A DNA stretch of 64,000 nucleotides from an uncultured Chloroflexia bacterium. Its GTDB lineage: Bacteria; Chloroflexota; Limnocylindria; Limnocylindrales; CSP1-4. The notes under the pieces are model-generated. The model was not told the DNA's origin. It made no database searches and saw only the letters and a program-made list of their open reading frames with translations. The DNA lies in contig CAWAKU010000016.1 in NCBI GenBank assembly GCA_963782715.1, positions 391,425-455,424 on the forward strand, in the 5' to 3' direction. Position numbers and translations under genes: made by a program. Shown one piece after another: positions 57,959 to 64,000 of this stretch. How positions within the stretch are numbered: position 1 is the first letter of the stretch; every line of letters begins with the position of its first letter.

Positions 57959-59624
57959 CGCCTCCGCGTGCGGTCCATAGCCATCTGACGGACACGGGAC
58001 CCGTCAGGTTCGCCTGATCTGACGCGATTTTGGCGATGATCGCGGCGGATGGCGCGATCGCGGTCAGGGCAGCTCCACGGCGAAATCGATCGAATTGCCG
58101 GCATTCGGCGAGTCGCTCGGCAGGCTCGCTATCGACGAACGGCTTGCCGTCCAGGAGTTGCGCCTGAAGTGTCCTGCCGCCAGGCACACCGGACCTGACG
58201 TCCGAGAGCAACTTGGCGCTGTCAAGCGACCATCCGAATGGGAAGTGTGGGCCCAGCGGATCGACCGAACCGTCACGGAGATCGACGACATCGGTCCACG
58301 CCATCTTGCAGCACGAGCCGCGGACGACCACGTGGTGGAGGTCTGGCGAGATCGCAATGACCGATCCCGCCGCTGGCCTCGCGCCGACCGACGTCGACCG
58401 GGGCACCGTTGTCCAGCTGCCCGACCGTGTGTCCAGTGACGCGCTCGTGATCTCAGCAGAAGCACGCGAATTGGTGCACTGCGAATCAGCAACGTCGAAG
58501 GGGCAGGGCGCATCCAGCGGCGGCTGGAGGACGGCGACGATGTGCCTGTCGTCCGGTGACCAGGCGATGGCGGTCGCCTCCTCGCCGCCGGGCACGTCGC
58601 CTGCGCGGGTCCAGGAGCTGTTCGATCGCTCATAGAGTTCGACGTAGCCCGTGCCGTCTTCCGCCCGGCAACGCGCCGCCACCTTCTGGCTGTCGGAGGA
58701 CCAGATCGGATCGAAACATGAGCCGGTCAGGACCTGCGGGTCCTTCGCGTCCGAAACTGATCTGACGATGATCGACGTCGACGACGCATTCGGATCGGTA
58801 TCCAATTCCTCGAACGCGACGTGCGATCCGTCCGGCGACAAGCGGCTCGCCCCGATCTCGACCATGGTCGGTTCATCTGTCAGCCGCCGAAGGGACGAAC
58901 CATCGGGGGCCAGGAGGAACAGGTCGGAGCAATACGGGTCCCCTAGAGCACCGATGGATACGAGCAGGTCCGGGACGCCCGGCGTCCAATCACCGACGCG
59001 CCCGACATCGAGGTAGACCGCGGTGAAGGTCGCGATGCGGGTCGCGACCTTGGCTCCGTGCGAAACGACCCAGACATCGATCTCGTCGCCGTTCGGCGAG
59101 CCTGTCCGCGTCAGGTACGCCATCCGACCCTTGCCCAGGCCGTCGAAGGTCATGTTGGTCGAGGTGACCGACCCACTCGGGTCCGCGGTCGCGACCAGCG
59201 GATAGGATGAGCATGTCTGGGTGCCAGTCGGGCTGGCCGTCGCGACGGCGATCGCGGCCGGCGTCGCCGTCGGGGCGGTGGTCGCCAGCGACGTCGGCGT
59301 GGCGCTGGACGTCGGACGACCTGTGGCGGCCGGCGACGTGTCATCGACGACGGCCGGGAGCGGCGGGCGGGATCCGAACCCGCCGGCGAGGGCCGCGACG
59401 GCGATCAGGCTGACGGCCGCCGCGACGGCCAGGAGGGCCGCCCGGCGACGGCCCAGCGCGCCTGGTCCACCGACGGCCGGCCCCCAGCGGGTGACCTGGG
59501 GCGTCGCGACGACGTCGGCCATGACCCCGGCCAGGAGGGCCGCCTCGGGACCGTGTGGTGCCCGGCGGGCGAGGCCGCGCTCGATCGCGTCGTCGGTCGG
59601 CAGGCGCTGGTCGTCGTTCATCAT
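57870..59624 (-). CDS. Anti-sigma factor: cytoplasmic N-domain + single TM + extracytoplasmic TolB-like beta-propeller. The C-terminal boundary is uncertain
   Basis: ATGA overlap with the sigma gene. A TM segment (ALLAVAAAVSLIAVAALAGG) follows about 60 cytoplasmic residues, then a Thr/Ala/Pro linker and propeller repeats (SPDGSHVAFEE, WSPDDRHIVAV). The last ~60 residues look non-coding, and the end may be shifted. Confidence 0.55.
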   Translation of the reverse strand: MMNDDQRLPTDDAIERGLARRAPHGPEAALLAGVMADVVATPQVTRWGPAVGGPGALGRRRAALLAVAAAVSLIAVAALAGGFGSRPPLPAVVDDTSPAATGRPTSSATPTSLATTAPTATPAAIAVATASPTGTQTCSSYPLVATADPSGSVTSTNMTFDGLGKGRMAYLTRTGSPNGDEIDVWVVSHGAKVATRIATFTAVYLDVGRVGDWTPGVPDLLVSIGALGDPYCSDLFLLAPDGSSLRRLTDEPTMVEIGASRLSPDGSHVAFEELDTDPNASSTSIIVRSVSDAKDPQVLTGSCFDPIWSSDSQKVAARCRAEDGTGYVELYERSNSSWTRAGDVPGGEEATAIAWSPDDRHIVAVLQPPLDAPCPFDVADSQCTNSRASAEITSASLDTRSGSWTTVPRSTSVGARPAAGSVIAISPDLHHVVVRGSCCKMAWTDVVDLRDGSVDPLGPHFPFGWSLDSAKLLSDVRSGVPGGRTLQAQLLDGKPFVDSEPAERLAECRQFDRFRRGAALTAIAPSAAIIAKIASDQANLTGPVSVRWLWTARGGDDGTDGARRHLDGLVAVVGLGARRAGARR

Positions 59625-60208
59625 CGTTCGCTCTCGAGTGCCTTGGCCAGGGCCGCGCGGGCCGTGTGCAGGCGGGACTTGACCGTGCCCGGAGGGATGC
59701 CCAGGGCCGCGGCGATGGCCGTCACCGGCTGGTGGCGGAGGTGATGCAGGACGAGGATCGAGCGGGCGTCCGGATCGAGCCGCTCGAAGGCCCGGGCGAT
59801 CGCGTCGGCCTCGGCGTGGGTCCCGGGGTCGTCCGAGGCGGGACCCGGTCGGTCATGGTCGGGTGCCATGGGGATCTCGCGGACCCGCGCCCGCGAGCGC
59901 AGGCGCATCCGGCAGCCATTCACCAGGACGCGGCTGAGCCACGGGTCGAACCGGTCCGCCTCGCGCAGTCGCGGCAGATTGCGCCAAGCCGCGAGGCAGG
60001 CGTCCTGCGTCGCGTCGCGGGCATCGGCTTCGTCGCCGAGGATCGCCCAGGCCGTCCGGAACAGGCCGTCCATCCGCTCGCGGAGGAGCGCCTCGAAGGC
60101 GGCCGCATCGCCGCGGCGCGCACGCTCGACGAGAGCCACCGACCCCGGCGCCGCGGCCGCGGATGCCTGCTGCGCATCGAGCGCCACCGGCTCCATCAGG
60201 CGATCCAT
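59621..60208 (-). CDS. ECF (group IV) RNA polymerase sigma factor
   Basis: 195 aa. Region 2 (LLRERMDGLFRTAWAILGDEADARDATQDACLAAW) and region 4 (ILVLHHLRHQPVTAIAAALGIPPGTVKSRLHTARAAL). Confidence 0.85.
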   Translation of the reverse strand: MDRLMEPVALDAQQASAAAAPGSVALVERARRGDAAAFEALLRERMDGLFRTAWAILGDEADARDATQDACLAAWRNLPRLREADRFDPWLSRVLVNGCRMRLRSRARVREIPMAPDHDRPGPASDDPGTHAEADAIARAFERLDPDARSILVLHHLRHQPVTAIAAALGIPPGTVKSRLHTARAALAKALESER

Positions 60209-60273
60209 CGTGGGTCCATACCCCAGATGATGCTCGCGGGGTGTCTCGGGTTCAGATGTTCTTCTGCGTCGCC

Positions 60274-61531
60274 TCAGCCGTTGAAGACGCGCTGGACTTC
60301 CTTGAGGCCTGCGGCCAGGGCATCGATGTCCTCGCGAGTCGAGTAGACGTTGAAGCTCGCCCGGGCCGTGGCCGCGAGATCCAGCCGCTCGTGGAGCGGC
60401 ATGGTGCAGTGGTGGCCGGCCCGGACGGCGATGCCGTAGCGGTCCAGAACCTGGGCGACGTCGTGCGGGTGGATGCCGGGCAGGTTGAACGGGACGACGC
60501 CACCGCGCAGGGCCGGGTCCATCGGGCCGTACAGCTCGATGTCGGGGATCTCGCGCGGGAGCGTCTCGAGCGCGTAGGCGACGAGGTCGACTTCGTGGAC
60601 ACGAACCGCGTCCATGCCGAGCGCCGTGCAGGTAGTCCGTCGCGACGCCGAGGCCGATCGCGTCACCCACGGCCGGGGTGCCCGCCTCGAACTTCCAGGG
60701 GATGTCGTTGAAGTCGCTCCGCCGGAGATGGACCTCACGGATCATCTCGCCGCCCGACAGGAACGGCGGCATCGCCTCGAGCAGCTCGCGCCGCGCCCAC
60801 AGCGCGCCGGAGCCCATCGGCGCCAGCATCTTGTGGCCGCTGAACGCGTAGAAGTCTGCACCCAGCTCCTGGACGTCGACCGGCACGTGCGGGGCCGCCT
60901 GGGCGCCATCGACCAGCACGAGCGCGCCGGCGGCGTGGGCCATCTCGACCATCTCTCGGACCGGGTTGATCGTGCCCAACGTGTTCGAGACATGGGTGAA
61001 CGCGACGAGCTTCGGCTTGAGGCGCAGGAGCACCTCGAGGACGTCGAGGCGGAGGATGCCGTCGTCCGTGATCGGGATGAACTCGAGGTCGCCGTCGCGC
61101 TCCTGGACCAGGAGCTGCCACGGGACGAGGTTGGCGTGGTGCTCCATCTCGGTCAGGACGATGGCGTCGCCGCGGTCGATGTTCCGGCGACCCCACGAAT
61201 AGGCGACGAGGTTGATCGCCTCGGTCGCGTTGCGCGTGAAGATGACCTCGTGGCTGTCGGGCGCGTTGATGAACCGGGCGACCTTGGCCCGTGCCTCCTC
61301 GTACGCCGCGGTCGCCTTCTCGCCGATGGTGTAGATGCCGCGGTGGACGTTGGCGTTGTACTCGCGGTAGTAGTCGGCGACGGCATCGATGACGACCGAC
61401 GGCTTCTGGCTTGACGAGGCGGAGTCGAGGTAGACGAACGGGTGGCCGTTGATCTGCTGGGCGAGGATCGGGAAATCGGCCCGCAGCGCGTGCGGGTCGA
61501 GCGTCCGGACCGGCTCGGATGTCACGGTCAT
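60274..61531 (-). pseudogene. sufS: Cysteine desulfurase SufS (class V aminotransferase), interrupted by a 1-nt insertion at about 60628
   Basis: N-terminal 300 aa in frame 61531 (FPILAQQINGHPFVYLDSASSSQKP, PLP-Lys in FSGHKMLAPMG). The C-terminus with catalytic Cys loop (RAGHHCTMPL) is in ORF 60274..60738. An extra C in CTGCACGGCG separates the two frames. Confidence 0.75.
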
Positions 61532-61545
61532 CGGTCGGCGCCCGG

Positions 61546-62451
61546 CTAGCGGGCGGACTCCACGGCTTCGAGGTCGGCGCCGGCCGGGGCGACCGGGACG
61601 AGCAGCGCCTCGTCGGGCAGGTCGGTCTCGTAGCCGTTCTCGCGCAGGACCGGGCCGTAGCCCTCGTCCTCGAGACGGAGCGCCAGGTCCTTCCCGCCCG
61701 AGGTGATGATCTTGCCCTGGGCCAGGACGTGGACGACGTCCGGGGTGATGTAGTTCAGCAGGCGCTGGTAGTGGGTGATGAGCAGGACGCCGAGGTTCGG
61801 GTTGAGCATCGCGTTGACGCCCTCCGCCACGATCCGCAGCGCGTCGATGTCGAGCCCGGAGTCGGTCTCGTCGAGGATCGCCATCTCCGGCTCGAGGACG
61901 GCCATCTGGAGCATCTCGAGCCGCTTCTTCTCGCCACCGGAGAAGCCGTCGTTGACATAGCGGCTGGCGAAGCCCTCGTCCATCCGCAGGAGCGCCATCT
62001 TCTCGCGCATCTTGTTCCGGAAGTCGCGCATGGAGACGCCGCCCTTGACCGCGTCGGTCGGGTCGATGTTCGGGTCCTTGTCGATGCCCTGGAGCTTGGC
62101 GTTCAGGGCGGAGCGGATGAAGCTCGCGACGCTGAGGCCGGGGATCGAGGTCGGGTACTGGAAGGCGAGGAAGAGGCCGAGCCGGGCGCGCTTGTCCGGC
62201 GACAGCTTGAGGATGTCGCGGCCCTTCCAATGGACTTCGCCGCCTTTGATGACGTAGGCGGGGTGGCCCATCAAGGCATAAGCGAGGGTCGTCTTGCCGG
62301 AACCGTTGGGGCCCATGATCGCGTGGACCTCGCCCTTGCCGACGGTCAGGTCGATCCCCTGGAGGATCTCGTGGTCGGGGGCGGCGGCCGGGGCGACGCG
62401 CAGGCCGCGGATGACGAGGTGCTGGTCGGTGTCGGCGGTCGGGTCGGTCAC
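61546..62451 (-). CDS. sufC: Fe-S cluster assembly ATPase SufC
   Basis: Walker A GPNGSGKTT, signature FSGGEKKR, Walker B ILDETDSGLD. The GTG start overlaps the Rrf2 gene stop. Confidence 0.85.
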   Translation of the reverse strand: MTDPTADTDQHLVIRGLRVAPAAAPDHEILQGIDLTVGKGEVHAIMGPNGSGKTTLAYALMGHPAYVIKGGEVHWKGRDILKLSPDKRARLGLFLAFQYPTSIPGLSVASFIRSALNAKLQGIDKDPNIDPTDAVKGGVSMRDFRNKMREKMALLRMDEGFASRYVNDGFSGGEKKRLEMLQMAVLEPEMAILDETDSGLDIDALRIVAEGVNAMLNPNLGVLLITHYQRLLNYITPDVVHVLAQGKIITSGGKDLALRLEDEGYGPVLRENGYETDLPDEALLVPVAPAGADLEAVESAR

Positions 62452-62888
62452 GGGGTCGTCTGGGCTCCCTGGGCTAGGAGGGGCTGGATGGCACTCACGG
62501 TCGAGCTGGCGACGCGTGGCGGGACGAGATCGGCGAGGGTCATCGAATCGAGCGCGCCGGCGACGGCGTCGCGGACGCGGACCCACAGGACGTTGACGGT
62601 GCAGCGCGACGATCGATCGCACAGGTTCGCGTGCTCGGGGTCGTCGCTGGCACACAGCATCGGGGCGATCGGGCCCTCGAGCGCGCGCAGGACGTCGGCC
62701 ATCGAGATGGTCTCGGGCGGGCGGGCGAGTTCGTAGCCGCCGTGGGCGCCGCGGGTGCTCGTCACGAGCCCAGCCTCGCGCAGGCTGACCACGAGCTGCT
62801 CGAGGTACGCGCGCGGGAGGTCCTCCTCGGCGGCGATCTCGGCAAGGCTCGCCGGGCCTGTGCCGTGGTGTCGCCCGAGCTGGACCAT
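62448..62888 (-). CDS. Rrf2-family transcriptional regulator (IscR/SufR-like, 3-Cys cluster ligands)
   Basis: HTH ASLAEIAAEEDLPRAYLEQLVVSLREAGLVTSTRGAHGGYELAR, and Cys ligands C-x7-C-x5-C (CASDDPEHANLCDRSSRC). Confidence 0.8.
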   Translation of the reverse strand: MVQLGRHHGTGPASLAEIAAEEDLPRAYLEQLVVSLREAGLVTSTRGAHGGYELARPPETISMADVLRALEGPIAPMLCASDDPEHANLCDRSSRCTVNVLWVRVRDAVAGALDSMTLADLVPPRVASSTVSAIQPLLAQGAQTTP

Positions 62889-63008
62889 CAGCCGGACGCC
62901 GTACTCGCCCTTCGTCGAAAAGGCGATGGCGCCGCTGCCGTGGTAGGCCGGGCGGGCGGTCGTCGGGGCGGAGACGGGGGTCGCGGAAACGGTCAGGGGA
63001 ACGTCCTC

Positions 63009-63034
63009 GATATCCGAGTGATTTCGTCGGATAT
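63009..63034. promoter_or_regulatory. Perfect palindrome ATATCCGA-N9-TCGGATAT about 120 nt upstream of the Rrf2 gene (candidate Rrf2 operator)
   Basis: The 8-bp perfect inverted-repeat arms are AT-rich, in contrast with the surrounding GC-rich sequence. Confidence 0.4.
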
Positions 63035-63240
63035 GAGTCTACGCGGCGCCCTCGGGAGCGTCAATCCGCGGCAAGGGTCGTTGTCGAGGGACAGGGTAGT
63101 TGTCCGGAATCTGACGCCTTATCCGAGCGTGCCGACGGTCCCTCGTCCCCCGGCGGTTGCGTCGGGCGCTTCTGCTGACCTGTCCGCCGTAACGCAGCGC
63201 CGCACCGCTCTACCTACCACCCCGGTCAATCCGAGCGCGC

Positions 63241-64000
63241 TCACCCAACGAGCGCCGCGACGACCTCGGGCCATCGTGCGAGGATCCCGACGTGTCCCTC
63301 GTCGGGCCAGAACGTCGTCTCCACGTTCGGGAGGTGCTCGTTCAGGTAGTCGGCGTGCGCCGGCAGCGCGATCTGGTCGAGCCGACCGTGCCAGACATGG
63401 ACCGGGGTCGCGATCTCGCTGAGAGCGAAACCCCACGCATCCGCGTTGGTCGCGATGACCTCCCACGCATCGCCTTCTTCTCCTTGCGGCATGTAGTGCT
63501 CGCGGAGGCTCGCCTCGTACATCTCGCGGGTCCGTGGATCGTCGAGGAATTGGCGCTCCACCTCAGGCAGAGGGCCTCTGAGGAACGCTGTTGGATCCTC
63601 AATCGGGTCCAGACCCGCCAGGTAGGTCCTCACGGCGGCGACCGGATCGTCACCGGCGGACGCGACCAGCGTCCGTTCGTCCTCGTCCATGAAGTCGTAG
63701 AGCTCCGCGTCAGGCGCGATCCCGCTGACGACCCCGATCCTCGTGAGCCGCTCGGGGATCTCGGCGCCGCACGCCAGTGCATGAGGACCTCCGCGCGAAT
63801 AGCCGACGATCGCGAACCGCTCAAGGCCGAGCGCGTCCGCGAACCCCACCACATCCCTGGCCCAATCCCGCAGCGTGCGCCCGGGCTGCATGTCAGATCG
63901 CCCGAACCCCGGGCGTTCGATCGTGAAGAGCCGCACCGGGACCGCCGGCTCAGCACTCACGCTCGGGTTGTAGTACCGCGAGCCCCCGCTTCCAGGGAAG
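63241..64000 (-). CDS. Alpha/beta-hydrolase-fold protein, partial (N-terminus beyond window end)
   Basis: GYSRGG nucleophile elbow, with catalytic Asp and His regions (WHGRLDQIALP, DEGHVGIL). The ORF is open to the window boundary. Confidence 0.6.
   Translation of the reverse strand, partial: FPGSGGSRYYNPSVSAEPAVPVRLFTIERPGFGRSDMQPGRTLRDWARDVVGFADALGLERFAIVGYSRGGPHALACGAEIPERLTRIGVVSGIAPDAELYDFMDEDERTLVASAGDDPVAAVRTYLAGLDPIEDPTAFLRGPLPEVERQFLDDPRTREMYEASLREHYMPQGEEGDAWEVIATNADAWGFALSEIATPVHVWHGRLDQIALPAHADYLNEHLPNVETTFWPDEGHVGILARWPEVVAALVG

Noticed and set aside
1-64000. Search for CRISPR arrays, tandem repeats, transposases, integrases and phage genes
   Set aside because: No direct-repeat or spacer periodicity, no IS-like inverted terminal repeats, and no recombinase or phage structural homologs were seen. 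The region looks like core chromosome.

Overview
This window is high-GC (~70%), densely packed chromosomal DNA that looks actinobacterial (Actinomycetota-like: CysO/Mec/MoeZ sulfur-carrier genes, PpgK, a TetR-type PaaR, heliorhodopsin). There are about 70 protein-coding genes on both strands. I found no rRNA, tRNA, CRISPR array, transposase, integrase or prophage signature.

The main blocks, in order along the window:
- **1-7.9 kb (minus-strand operon, oppF fragment at 1..406):** a GT2 glycosyltransferase, a flippase-like membrane protein, then an MttB-superfamily methyltransferase flanked by two paralogous OYE-FMN/FAD flavoproteins. I read this as a putative quaternary-amine or N-methyl demethylation locus. 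It ends convergently against a partial OppF/DppF ABC ATPase.
- **8.6-10.3 kb:** a heliorhodopsin gene followed 14 nt later, on the same strand, by a CarH/LitR-type coenzyme-B12 light sensor (Wx9EH and ExHxxG motifs).
- **10.4-14.2 kb:** a fasciclin lipoprotein with a good sigma70-like promoter and a hairpin terminator, a GGDEF diguanylate cyclase plus a Lon-N domain protein, and a HesB/IscA gene.
- **14.3-24 kb (phenylacetate catabolism cluster):** thiolase, a lipoprotein, a 3-hydroxyacyl-CoA dehydrogenase, paaDCBA, a TetR-type paaR and two enoyl-CoA hydratases.
- **24-28.7 kb:** auxiliary genes, mainly EthD, a frameshifted alpha/beta hydrolase, a flavin reductase and class II fumarase/aspartase.
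- **28.9-38.7 kb:** an APC permease, a GS-like gamma-glutamyl ligase, a membrane protein, an ankyrin protein, an SDR, PpgK, a K+ channel with an atypical TVGYK filter, and an aldehyde dehydrogenase.
- **38.9-46.8 kb:** a GNAT acetyltransferase, a NUDIX hydrolase, an HxlR regulator, an HtrA-like protease, a gluconolactonase, purE/purK and aroK.
- **46.8-52.3 kb:** a nucleoside hydrolase next to a four-gene ECF transporter (S, T, A1, A2) and a tandem UspA protein.
- **52.7-55.6 kb:** a mec-cysM-cysO-moeZ cysteine biosynthesis operon. Its MoeZ has an N-terminal rhodanese domain, and its CysM has a His-Ala repeat tail.
- **55.8-64 kb:** sufU, paiB, a vapBC toxin-antitoxin pair, a truncated paralog of an ECF sigma factor, an ECF sigma/anti-sigma pair, sufS, sufC, an Rrf2 regulator with a palindromic operator, and a partial alpha/beta hydrolase running off the window end.

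At least five genes carry single-nucleotide frameshifts (alpha/beta hydrolase, SDR, EcfT, EcfA2, SufS), and the 3-hydroxyacyl-CoA dehydrogenase has no in-frame stop. That pattern suggests sequencing or assembly indel errors, or less likely genome decay. The very long antisense ORFs in the six-frame track are GC-content artefacts.
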